Shown: positions 9,384 to 18,868 of the stretch, in pieces
Layout of the letters: each line of letters begins with the position of its first letter
How positions within the stretch are numbered: position 1 is the stretch's first letter
Assembly: GCA_040758355.1 (NCBI GenBank)
Contig: JBFLWF010000023.1
Location: 1 to 35,872, forward strand
Source: Nitrospirota bacterium
Lineage (GTDB): Bacteria; Nitrospirota; Thermodesulfovibrionia; Thermodesulfovibrionales; Dissulfurispiraceae
Direction of reading: 5' to 3'
DNA: 35,872 bases
Notes under the pieces: generated by a model
Told to the model about the DNA's origin: nothing
Database searches by the model: none
The model's input: only the letters and a program-made list of their open reading frames with translations
Position numbers and translations under genes: made by a program

Positions 9384-10669
9384 GTATGAATAATAATTTA
9401 AAAGAGAAATTAGCCAAATCAGGATGGGTTCTTACTAATGAAGATTTCGAGCCTCCATTTGATTTTAAGGAGGAATTAAGATATAACCTCATAGGCTACT
9501 CAGTAAGTGTTTTAGCCATTATTCCTTTATTAATGGTTTTAGTTTTTCTGTACTATTATCTTAAGCTTAAAGGAAAGAACAAAAGACCTCGAATGTTGTT
9601 TGGAACGCATGCGGTAATTACCTTTAAACTGCTCAAGAAAGTATTGGAAGAAGAGCACGACTGCACTCTTTTTGCCTTTAAGGATAATTTTCACAAAGTG
9701 GAAAATGTTGATGTTATAACGGCTGAAAATATTATGCCAGGCTGGATTGCGAGAAAATATCCATATTTGCTTGGTAGATACTGGGCATTTGTATGGGCGC
9801 TTAGAAATTTTGATATTTTCCACCTGTATTTCGATGGCGGCTTTCTGGAAAGGACTATTTGGTGGAAGTTAGAGCCGATTATTTACCAGATCTTTGGGAA
9901 AAGAGTAATTTTATACCCGTATGGAGCTGATGTATGGGATACTTTCAGAAATTCAAATAGATTAAGCAAGCTAGGACAAATGCTTTTTGATTCAAAATAT
10001 TTTCATTCCGATTTTAAACGTATTAAGAGGGTATACCACTGGTCTAAGTATGTAAATTTGATATTTGGACCAGTTAATTATATCGATTTTTTACCAAGAA
10101 TTGATATTTTCACTTTTCATGGACATGTTATTAAAAATACAAAAGACTATGCCTACTTTTTCCCGCCAATTAATGGGAAAGTAAAAATAATCCACTATGC
10201 AAATCACAGTATGAGGAAGGGAAGTCATATTATAAAAAAAGTTTTAAATGCCTTAACATTAGGTAGAGAGGACATAGAATTTGAATGTTTAGAGGGATTA
10301 ACCAGAAATGAACTTTTTAAGAGATTAGACGGGGCGCATATCTTTATTGATAATGTTATTGACGGTTATCTCAATTATTCATCCATAGAAGCTATGCTCA
10401 AAGGTAAGGTTGTCATAACATACATTGATAGTGATTTAGAGGGATTTTATATATATTTAGATGATAACTATTATAATAAGTTTTTCAAAGGATCTCCGAT
10501 AATAAAAACAGGTATTACAGATTTAAGGACAAGAATAGAGATACTTTTAAATAATAAGGATGAGTTAAGAGATTTAAGCTTAAGAAACAGGCTATTTATC
10601 GAGAATTTGCTTTACGAGAATGAACAAGCATATAAGCTTTTGATGTCAGAAATTGTTAAGAATCAATAA
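9380..10669 (+). CDS. Divergent GT-B glycosyltransferase-like protein with an N-terminal hydrophobic segment
   Basis: IIHYANHSMRKGS, IFIDNV...SIEAMLKGKVVI; hydrophobic helix near residues 38-62. Confidence 0.6.
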   Translation: MSMNNNLKEKLAKSGWVLTNEDFEPPFDFKEELRYNLIGYSVSVLAIIPLLMVLVFLYYYLKLKGKNKRPRMLFGTHAVITFKLLKKVLEEEHDCTLFAFKDNFHKVENVDVITAENIMPGWIARKYPYLLGRYWAFVWALRNFDIFHLYFDGGFLERTIWWKLEPIIYQIFGKRVILYPYGADVWDTFRNSNRLSKLGQMLFDSKYFHSDFKRIKRVYHWSKYVNLIFGPVNYIDFLPRIDIFTFHGHVIKNTKDYAYFFPPINGKVKIIHYANHSMRKGSHIIKKVLNALTLGREDIEFECLEGLTRNELFKRLDGAHIFIDNVIDGYLNYSSIEAMLKGKVVITYIDSDLEGFYIYLDDNYYNKFFKGSPIIKTGITDLRTRIEILLNNKDELRDLSLRNRLFIENLLYENEQAYKLLMSEIVKNQ

Positions 10670-10717
10670 TTCTTTCCCGGCAATGTAATACATTAACTAT
10701 TCATAAAGTTTATAAAT

Positions 10718-12580
10718 ATGTGTGGAGTTTGCGGATTTACAGGAGAAACTAATATAACTGTTCTTAAAAAGATGGCAGATTCTATTTTCCATCGTGGGCC
10801 TGATGAGGATGGTTTCTATTTTGATGGGAAAATAAATCTCGGTATCAGAAGATTAAGCATAATCGATTTAGAAACCGGACATCAGCCTGTCCACAATGAG
10901 GACAAAAGTATCTGGACGGTTTTTAATGGAGAAATATATAACTTTCAGAAGTTGAGAAAGGAATTAAAAGAAAAGGGTCATAAGTTCTATACAGACCATT
11001 CGGATACCGAAGTTATAGTCCACCTTTATGAAGAATATGGAGATGAGTTTGTTCATAGGTTAAATGGCATGTTTGCCATAGCCTTGTGGGATAAAGAGAA
11101 AGGTAGGCTTTTGCTGATAAGGGATCGCATGGGAGTAAAACCTCTCTTTTATTCAAGCATAAACAATGATCTGATTTTTGGTTCGGAAATTAAGGCCATT
11201 CTTGAACATCCATCTTATCGCCGTGATATAAATTATGAAGCTATTTATCACTATTTTACTTTTAAAAATATCCCAGCGCCTTTAACAGCCTTTAAAGAAA
11301 TTTATTCTCTTTTGCCAGGAGAGATGCTGACCTTTTCAAATGGCGAGCTATCAAAAAACAGGTGGTGGAAGATTAGGTTTGATGAGAATGAGAATTGTGA
11401 TGAGTCGTATGTGAGAGGTAAAATTTTATCACTTCTTGAAGATGCAACAAGAATCAGGATGATAAGCGATGTGCCTTTTGGAGCTTATCTCAGCGGTGGA
11501 GTGGATTCAAGTTCTGTTGTAGCATTGATGACGCGGTTTGCAGATAAACCAGTAAAGACCTTTTCCCTCGGCTATGAGGACGAACTCAAAAATAAAGAAG
11601 CTGATTTGTATTATGCCAGAAAGGTTTCTGAGACATATAAAACAGAACATTACGAATACACAATGTCTTCTAAGGAACTGGTTGATGATATAGACGATGT
11701 AATCGGGGCATTTGACCAACCATTTTCAGGGACAATTTCTACATATTTTCTTACAAAACTAATAAAAAGGCATGTAAAAGTGGCACTATCGGGAGATGGA
11801 GCAGATGAACTTTTTGGAAGTTACCTGTCACATCGCGTGGCTCAGCCGATGTATTATTTCAGCAAGCTTTATGGCAAGGTGAAAAATAATTCTTTGTCCC
11901 GTGAGGAAAAGGGGCTTTTTGCACCGTGTGATATTAAGTTTTTGCAAGATCTTTATGACAAATCCGAAGGCGATGAAGCACTATGGAGGTATAATCTTTA
12001 TCTCTTCACCGATGCCGGAAAAAACAATATTTTGTCCGACAAATTCAAGTCCATGTTGAACAATACAAGCACATTTGTCCTTGTGGAGAGAAACTTTGAG
12101 GAACTTACTGCAAAAACTCCCTTAAACAGAATTCTCGAGATGGAATGGAATACCCAGTTGCCGGATCAGGTGCTTGCCTTTGTAGATTTTCTCTCTATGG
12201 CACATTCCGTAGAGATACGCTCGCCTTTTCTTGATTATAGACTTGTGGAATTCGTGGCAACGATACCCGGTAGCCTTAAGATCAGAAATGGCAATGTTAA
12301 AGATATATTTAAAAGGACTGTTAAGCCATTACTGCCTGAAGGTATAACTGAGAGACAAAAGGAAGGCTTTGTCTTACCTGTTTTTGACTGGATGATGGAG
12401 AAACTTAAGGATTACTGTATGGATATGTTTTCAGAGGAAAGATTGCAAAGGCATGGCTTATTAAATGTAGAATATGTTAAAAACCTGCTTAAGGAATATA
12501 ATAAGGGCAATAGAAGCTGTGCAGGTAAGGTCTGGAACCTAATGATGTTTCAGGTGTGGTGGGGGGGGTATTTTGAATAG
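10718..12580 (+). CDS. asnB: Glutamine-hydrolysing AsnB-family amidotransferase (copy 1)
   Basis: MCG N-terminal nucleophile, HRGPD, FNGEIYN, LSGGVDSS, LSGDGADELF, RSPFLD. Confidence 0.9.
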   Translation: MCGVCGFTGETNITVLKKMADSIFHRGPDEDGFYFDGKINLGIRRLSIIDLETGHQPVHNEDKSIWTVFNGEIYNFQKLRKELKEKGHKFYTDHSDTEVIVHLYEEYGDEFVHRLNGMFAIALWDKEKGRLLLIRDRMGVKPLFYSSINNDLIFGSEIKAILEHPSYRRDINYEAIYHYFTFKNIPAPLTAFKEIYSLLPGEMLTFSNGELSKNRWWKIRFDENENCDESYVRGKILSLLEDATRIRMISDVPFGAYLSGGVDSSSVVALMTRFADKPVKTFSLGYEDELKNKEADLYYARKVSETYKTEHYEYTMSSKELVDDIDDVIGAFDQPFSGTISTYFLTKLIKRHVKVALSGDGADELFGSYLSHRVAQPMYYFSKLYGKVKNNSLSREEKGLFAPCDIKFLQDLYDKSEGDEALWRYNLYLFTDAGKNNILSDKFKSMLNNTSTFVLVERNFEELTAKTPLNRILEMEWNTQLPDQVLAFVDFLSMAHSVEIRSPFLDYRLVEFVATIPGSLKIRNGNVKDIFKRTVKPLLPEGITERQKEGFVLPVFDWMMEKLKDYCMDMFSEERLQRHGLLNVEYVKNLLKEYNKGNRSCAGKVWNLMMFQVWWGGYFE

Positions 12581-13028
12581 TACAGAAGAGATTATAAACT
12601 TGAAAGAGCATGATTTTTTTATTGAGCAGTATATCAATTTAAGAAACAGTTATGCTGAACTACTTTTAACATTACCTGTAAATATTTCTGACACGAAAGA
12701 ATGGCTTAAAAAAAATGATATAGAAATAAGGGGCGTTGTGCAGGATATTACTTTATTGGGAGTTGTAATTTTATATTTAAATAAGAATGGTGAAATAGCA
12801 TTTTTTGTCAGAGAACAAAATAAAGGGTTTGGGGGTATGCTGCTCGATATTATCGAGAAACTGGCAATAGAAAGGGGTTTGAAAAGCGTATGGGCATGGG
12901 TATTAAAAGATAATTTAATTGCTCAACGGGTATTTGAGAAAAAAGGATTTATCAAGGAAGAAATAATAGAGAGAGAATATAAAGGTGTAATTAAACAAGG
13001 CATTAGATATAAAAAATATTTAGAATAA
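12573..13028 (+). CDS. GNAT family N-acetyltransferase
   Basis: QNKGFGG acetyl-CoA motif and N..AQRVFEKKGF. TTG start overlapping the asnB stop. Confidence 0.75.
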   Translation: MNSTEEIINLKEHDFFIEQYINLRNSYAELLLTLPVNISDTKEWLKKNDIEIRGVVQDITLLGVVILYLNKNGEIAFFVREQNKGFGGMLLDIIEKLAIERGLKSVWAWVLKDNLIAQRVFEKKGFIKEEIIEREYKGVIKQGIRYKKYLE

Positions 13029-13092
13029 AATAAAAATATGAGAAAGAAATATTTTATGTTTGGATTAATAAATAAAAAGATAGAGGTATGAT

Positions 13093-14106
13093 ATGAAAAG
13101 AGAATTTGTTGAACTATTAGCATGTCCTGAAACTAAAGCCCCTTTCAAACTTGAAGTTAAAGAGGTCAAAGGTAACGAAATAATCAATGGGCACTTAATA
13201 AGTACTGGAAATGGCCGAAAGTATCCTATTATTGATGGCATTCCCAGGATTTTAAACAATGATGAAATTGAGATTAATTATGCATCAAATTTCTATTATT
13301 ATTGGACTCGGATGGAGTGGCGTGTTTATCATGAAAGTACAAGATTTTGGGAATTGACTGAATGGAGGCCCGAAGATCTAAAAGGCAAATTTATTTTAGA
13401 CGCTGGGTGTGGGGGAGGACGATGGTTGTACCATATGGCAAAAGCGGGTGGGAGAATGATCGCTCTCGATTATACGAGGGCGATCGAGAGAGCAAGAGAA
13501 GAGTGCAAGTGTTTTAACGATATAGATTATATTCAGGCTGATATCTTTAAACTTCCATTTAAAGAAGAGTTGTTTGATATAGTTCACTGCCACGGCGTAT
13601 TAATGGCAACACCTTCACCCGAAAGTGGTGTTAAGAATTTAGCAAGAATGGTGAAACCAGGAGGAGAGCTTGCTATTTTGCTTTACCATGATCTTACACG
13701 CCCACAAAAAATGATTAACAGACTGTTACGTAGCATATCTAAACGTCTTCCGAGGCCTGTAGCCTTTTATTTATCACTCATTCCAACTTTGATAGAATAT
13801 GTACCTGGCACTACTTGGTTATTCTGCAACATCATACATTTAAGTGGTCAGCGTACGTTTACAATGAAGTGGTTACATAATTTTGACTGGTATACCTGTG
13901 AATATCACCATCGGACACCCTACGCAGACCTGAAGGAGTGGTATGAAGAAATGGGTTTTGAAACCCCGCGTGAACTTGATACGAACAATTTTAGGAAAAA
14001 ATCCAGATTTCCATGGATGATAAAATTCAGAAAATGGGCTTTAGAGAATAATTTGTTTTTGAAAGCCACCATAGGAGTTAGAGGGATAAAAAGAAAAAAA
14101 GCATGA
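13093..14106 (+). CDS. Trm112-like domain fused to a class I SAM methyltransferase
   Basis: LLACPET...YPIIDGIPRIL (Trm112-like); ILDAGCGGG; FDIVHCHGVL. Confidence 0.8.
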   Translation: MKREFVELLACPETKAPFKLEVKEVKGNEIINGHLISTGNGRKYPIIDGIPRILNNDEIEINYASNFYYYWTRMEWRVYHESTRFWELTEWRPEDLKGKFILDAGCGGGRWLYHMAKAGGRMIALDYTRAIERAREECKCFNDIDYIQADIFKLPFKEELFDIVHCHGVLMATPSPESGVKNLARMVKPGGELAILLYHDLTRPQKMINRLLRSISKRLPRPVAFYLSLIPTLIEYVPGTTWLFCNIIHLSGQRTFTMKWLHNFDWYTCEYHHRTPYADLKEWYEEMGFETPRELDTNNFRKKSRFPWMIKFRKWALENNLFLKATIGVRGIKRKKA

Positions 14107-14196
14107 AAATGGAGCAAATCCGGGGAATGGGCGATGAAATTTTAAAAGGATGGTTTGACAGCTAATAAATAAAAACATTCAATAATGAGGTAAAGC

Positions 14197-15114
14197 ATGG
14201 CCTACAAAAGCAATATTGCCAGAGCAGACCGCACATCGGAATCTGATAGATTCCCTGAAGTTATTCTGATTGATAACTTTAATGGATGCAATTTGAGATG
14301 TTCCGCATGTGATCACAGGAATATAAGCAAATACAGACGTATTCAAAAGATGGATTTTGATCTGTATAAAAAGATTATAGATGAGGTGGCGATAAAGAAT
14401 AATAAAGCAAGGGTTTGGGAAATATTTTTTGGCGATCCGTTTTTATGTAATGATATGGATTTAAGGATAAAATATGCAAAAGATAAAGGCTTGCAGGACG
14501 TTGTGCTTAATACAAATGGAGTGCTAATGATACCCGAAAAGGCGAAATCTTTTATTCTTGCCGGGCTTGATTCTATTTATGTAGGGATTGATGCAGCTAC
14601 AGAGGAAACATATAAGAAGATAAGAGTAGGTGGTGATTTTGAAAAAGTTGTGTTGAATGTTTTGCAGTATCGAGATTTGCTGAGAGAATACGGCAAAGAA
14701 ACCCAAAAGTTATTTGTTCAATTTGTATTAAGTGATATTAACGGACATGAGGTGGAAGACTTTAAAAAGTTTTGGATGCATGAGGGTGTACATATCAAAA
14801 TACGGCCTAAAGTGAGTTGGGGGGGGATAGTTGATGCACCTAATCTTCAGCCTAATGAAAAAGTGATGAGAAAACCATGTTATTGGCTTATGCGTTCAAT
14901 TAATATTTGTGCTGATGGCGAGGTTGCATTATGTTCTGTTGATGTCCATTGCAGAGTAAAGTGCGGCAATGTGAAGGAAAGGACAATAGAAGAAGTATGG
15001 AAAGGACAACTTAAATTATACAGAGCTATGCATAAAGAAGAGCGTTTTGGCGAATTGCCGGAGTTATGTAAACAATGCAGGGATTGGCAGTCTGCATATG
15101 CAGATTATTTTTAA
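14197..15114 (+). CDS. Radical SAM protein with a SPASM/twitch domain (copy 1)
   Basis: CNLRCSAC (CxxxCxxC); C-terminal PC...ADGEVALC...GNV...CKQC. Confidence 0.9.
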   Translation: MAYKSNIARADRTSESDRFPEVILIDNFNGCNLRCSACDHRNISKYRRIQKMDFDLYKKIIDEVAIKNNKARVWEIFFGDPFLCNDMDLRIKYAKDKGLQDVVLNTNGVLMIPEKAKSFILAGLDSIYVGIDAATEETYKKIRVGGDFEKVVLNVLQYRDLLREYGKETQKLFVQFVLSDINGHEVEDFKKFWMHEGVHIKIRPKVSWGGIVDAPNLQPNEKVMRKPCYWLMRSINICADGEVALCSVDVHCRVKCGNVKERTIEEVWKGQLKLYRAMHKEERFGELPELCKQCRDWQSAYADYF

Positions 15115-15138
15115 TCTAACCTGAGCGAATGGTAAAGG

Positions 15139-16098
15139 ATGTTTTTTATGCAGCATCTGCCTAAAAGGTTTAGAAAGTTTGCAGGAGCTGAGAGGCTGCC
15201 ATTAATGACAGTTTTATGGGTATCCAATGTCTGCAATGCATCATGCGGACATTGTCCTTTTAATTTAAACAGGCATCTGAGGAAACTGGAAAAAAATCCT
15301 TTTATGAAATGGAACATATTTAAAAAGATTGTGGATGATTTATCTGCAGAAGAAAATCGTCTGATAAGGATAAGCGGGTCTGGAGAACCTTTTATGAATC
15401 CTGATTTATTAAAGTTTATCGTTTATGCAAAAGAAAAGAATGTAAAGGTAGGTGTTATTACTAATGGTTCTCTGCTCGACAGGAAAAAGATTGAAACGAT
15501 GCTGAAGATAGACACGGATATTATCGAGATTTCAGTAGATGCAATGGATAAGGAGACATATTCAAAAATAAGAATCGGTCTGGATTTTGATAAGGTGCAT
15601 GAAAATATTAATGAATTGCTGAGAAAGAGAAAGGAGTTAAAATCGAAGTCGAAGATAATTGTGAGTATAATCAATCAGCCTGATAAGCTGAAAGACCACC
15701 AAAAGGCCGTAGAATACTGGAGCAAGATAGTCGATAAAGTTTTATCCAGAAAATGGATTACATGGAATGTACTCGATACTAAGAATTTTACGAGCCCCTT
15801 TTATAATCCTGAAGAAAGGGTGCCTTGCCCTTGGCCTTTTGAGAGGATACATATTACAAGCGATGGCGATGCGATTTTTTGCGCGGATGATTTGCAAAGG
15901 GAGCATATCATAGGAAATGTTTTGGAATTCTCTATGAAAGAGCTATGGAATCATCCAAAATTTGAGCAATACAGGCAGTATCATCTTGACGGGGACTTTA
16001 GAAAAATCAATATTTGTGAAAATTGCAAGGATTGGCCATATAAGTCATGGAATTATAATTATCATAAAACAGTGAAAGAGTTCGATGAAGGGAAATAG
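15139..16098 (+). CDS. Radical SAM protein with a SPASM/twitch domain (copy 2)
   Basis: CNASCGHC, SGSGEPF, PCPWPF...SDGDAIFC...GNV...CENC. Confidence 0.9.
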   Translation: MFFMQHLPKRFRKFAGAERLPLMTVLWVSNVCNASCGHCPFNLNRHLRKLEKNPFMKWNIFKKIVDDLSAEENRLIRISGSGEPFMNPDLLKFIVYAKEKNVKVGVITNGSLLDRKKIETMLKIDTDIIEISVDAMDKETYSKIRIGLDFDKVHENINELLRKRKELKSKSKIIVSIINQPDKLKDHQKAVEYWSKIVDKVLSRKWITWNVLDTKNFTSPFYNPEERVPCPWPFERIHITSDGDAIFCADDLQREHIIGNVLEFSMKELWNHPKFEQYRQYHLDGDFRKINICENCKDWPYKSWNYNYHKTVKEFDEGK

Positions 16099-16897
16099 TT
16101 TAACAGCAGTAATACTGCAACCTGCTTACTTGCCATGGATAGGTTTCTTTGATCTGGTGCATAAAGCTGATGTCTTTGTCATATTTGACGATGCGCAATT
16201 CACTATAAGAGACTGGAGAACGAGAAATAGAATTAGAACCAATGAAGGATGGATATGGTTATCCGTGCCTGTGTCTTTAGATAAGCCTTATTTTGAATAC
16301 CTGGTAAAGGACGTTCAAATTTCATACGAATACGATTGGACGTATAAACATCTCAGCACGATAAAAAGTTTTTATAAAAGATCGCTATTTTTCGACGAAG
16401 TGTATTCTATTCTGGAAAAGCATATTCCCAAAAGGTACAAATTTCTGGCAGAACTCGATAATCAATTGATTTTTGACATTTGTGAATATCTCGGACTGTC
16501 CCTCTCTAAATTTAGATTCTCTTCAGAAATGGGAATACCAAAATCAGCAAAAAAAAGTGAGAGGTTGATTTATATGCTCGATAGTCTGGATGTGAAAGCA
16601 AGTTATTATCTATCCGGTATTACAGCCAAGAATTATCTGGATACATCTCTTTTTGAAGATAGAGGGATTAAAGTTTTATGGCATGGTTACGAACATCCTT
16701 ATTACAACCAAAATTTATGGGGAACAGGTGTTTTTATATCCTATTTGTCTATACTGGATATTTTATTTAATCACGGGAAAGAGGCTATGGATATAATAAC
16801 AGGTGACAAAATAATTCCTATCCCTGAAAAAGTGAAGATAGCAATGGCCGAGAAAAGTAAAAACCTGAAAATGCATAAAGAAAAGGTGAGATTATAG
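16085..16897 (+). CDS. WbqC-like family protein
   Basis: QPAYLPWIGFF, DDAQF..RDWRTRNRI, YLSG, LSILDILFN. Confidence 0.85.
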   Translation: MKGNSLTAVILQPAYLPWIGFFDLVHKADVFVIFDDAQFTIRDWRTRNRIRTNEGWIWLSVPVSLDKPYFEYLVKDVQISYEYDWTYKHLSTIKSFYKRSLFFDEVYSILEKHIPKRYKFLAELDNQLIFDICEYLGLSLSKFRFSSEMGIPKSAKKSERLIYMLDSLDVKASYYLSGITAKNYLDTSLFEDRGIKVLWHGYEHPYYNQNLWGTGVFISYLSILDILFNHGKEAMDIITGDKIIPIPEKVKIAMAEKSKNLKMHKEKVRL

Positions 16898-16899
16898 AG

Positions 16900-17934
16900 A
16901 TGAGAAAAACTTTTTTAGTTACAGGCGGGGCCGGTTTTATCGGCTCAAATTTTGCCCATTATATTTACAACAAATATCCTGATTCTAATATACTGGTTTT
17001 GGATTTTCTGACCTATGCCGGAAGCATTGACAACCTGCCCGTCAGACACAATGAAATAAGCAATAGGTTTGAGTTCTGGTACGGCGATGTCAGAGACTCT
17101 TCTTTGGTTGAGTCGATGGTTGCAAAGGCGGATATCGTTGTTCATTTCGCGGCAGAGACCCATGTTACAAGATCGATTTTTGACAACAGAAAGTTTTTCG
17201 AGATAGATGTCCTCGGCACACAGTCGGTAGCAAATGCTGTGCTAAAAAACAACGGCAGGGTAGAGAAATTTATCCACATATCGAGCTCTGAAGTATATGG
17301 GACAGCAGAAAAAGAGCTTATGGATGAAAATCATCCTTTAAATCCTACTACGCCTTATGCTGCCGCGAAGGCAGGAGCTGACAGGCTGGTTTATTCTTAT
17401 TTTAAGACATATGATATACCTGCAGTGATTCTGAGGCCTTTCAATAATTATGGACCAAGACAGCATCTTGAAAAGGTTATACCAAGGTTCGTTACCAGTT
17501 GTATTTTAGGCGAGGATCTCCATATACACGGCGAGGGATTGATGAGCAGGGATTGGATTTATGTGGAAGACACCTGCGAGGCAATAGACAGGATATTAAA
17601 TGCGGACATAAGCTTGGTAAAAGGAGAGTCCTTTAATATCGGCACAGGGCAAAGCATCAGCATAAAAGATCTGGCTTGTATGATTACGGACATCATGAAA
17701 GTGAGCATGGAAAGGATTAAATTTGTAGATGACAGGCCTGGTCAGGTCGACAGGCATACCGCGGATTTATCGAAGATAAAAAATATTTTGGGATGGTCGC
17801 CTAAAACTGGTTTTGAGAGCGGAATAATGAAGACAATAGAATGGTATAAAAACAACAGGCAGTTATGGGAAAAACAGCTCTGGCTAAGGAATGTTCCGAT
17901 AGTATTGAAGGACGGAAGGAGAGTAATGCATTGA
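16900..17934 (+). CDS. dTDP-glucose 4,6-dehydratase-like NDP-sugar dehydratase (RmlB family)
   Basis: GGAGFIG, HFAAETHV, SSSEVYG, PYAAAKA, NNYGPRQHLEKVIP. Confidence 0.85.
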   Translation: MRKTFLVTGGAGFIGSNFAHYIYNKYPDSNILVLDFLTYAGSIDNLPVRHNEISNRFEFWYGDVRDSSLVESMVAKADIVVHFAAETHVTRSIFDNRKFFEIDVLGTQSVANAVLKNNGRVEKFIHISSSEVYGTAEKELMDENHPLNPTTPYAAAKAGADRLVYSYFKTYDIPAVILRPFNNYGPRQHLEKVIPRFVTSCILGEDLHIHGEGLMSRDWIYVEDTCEAIDRILNADISLVKGESFNIGTGQSISIKDLACMITDIMKVSMERIKFVDDRPGQVDRHTADLSKIKNILGWSPKTGFESGIMKTIEWYKNNRQLWEKQLWLRNVPIVLKDGRRVMH

Positions 17935-18866
17935 ATTCTATTTTTGTTCCGGATGAAATAAGACACAAAATAATCGCTGGCAATAAAATTTTTGCAAAAG
18001 ATATCAGAGGAATTCAAGATTCTAAAAAGTTCTTTAATGTTATTTTTGAAGGACAAAAGTGTCCTATTGCCGATGTTTTTATAAGGTTTATAAATGAACA
18101 AGGAAGGAATGCTGTTGACCTTAAATATCTTGAGATAGGTGCTGGCTATGGCTTTTCGATGATAGATTGCATTAAAAAAGGTTTTAATGTTATAGGCATA
18201 GAACCTGGAAGTGGAGAAGGCTTTGAGGGGAGATATGAGTTAGCAAAAGAACTTCTTGCAGTTAATAGCATAGAAAATGTTGATGCTATCCGCGAGTGCA
18301 CCGGAGAGGATATGGATTGTTTCCATGACGCTTCTTTTGATGTTGTATATAGCAGTGCTGTTCTTGAACATGTCAGGAATATCGAGAAGGTTTTATCTGA
18401 AGCGGACAGGGTTTTGAAAAAAAATGGGTTTATGTACATGAATATGCCGAATTACAATTCATTTTATGAGGGGCATTATCGTATTTTCTGGCTGCCGTAT
18501 TTATTGAAAAATAAAAAGATTGCAAAACTCTATGTCAGATTAAAAGGAAGGAAGGATTATTTCATCGACGAATTGATATTTACTACCCCGGGGATGATAA
18601 AAAGAATAGCCGGGAAGGTACTGAAAGAGGGTAAGTTTTATCTTGTGCCGCATTTGGACGGTATAGTCATGGGAAATATTGCAAGGGTATATTTTTATTT
18701 GAAGTTGAATCTCAAAGATATAAAAGATAGAAGATTTATTGCCTTTTTAACCCATAATAAATTCCTTAGATTTCTGTCATTATGTATATCGGGCATTTTG
18801 GTTAAAATCTTCGTATTATTTGGTTTCTGCAGGAGTTTTAACCTGATTTATTTTAAAAGGCAATAG
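17931..18866 (+). CDS. Class I SAM-dependent methyltransferase
   Basis: LEIGAGYG, FDVVYSSAVLEHV, YEGHY. Probable TTG start at 17931, overlapping the upstream TGA, with GGAAGGAG upstream. Confidence 0.8.
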   Translation: MNSIFVPDEIRHKIIAGNKIFAKDIRGIQDSKKFFNVIFEGQKCPIADVFIRFINEQGRNAVDLKYLEIGAGYGFSMIDCIKKGFNVIGIEPGSGEGFEGRYELAKELLAVNSIENVDAIRECTGEDMDCFHDASFDVVYSSAVLEHVRNIEKVLSEADRVLKKNGFMYMNMPNYNSFYEGHYRIFWLPYLLKNKKIAKLYVRLKGRKDYFIDELIFTTPGMIKRIAGKVLKEGKFYLVPHLDGIVMGNIARVYFYLKLNLKDIKDRRFIAFLTHNKFLRFLSLCISGILVKIFVLFGFCRSFNLIYFKRQ

Positions 18867-18868
18867 AT

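Noticed and set aside
12708..18424. A8 runs (12708-12715, 16549-16556, 18417-18424) as phase-variation sites
   Set aside because: Expected by chance in AT-rich, Lys-rich coding sequence.
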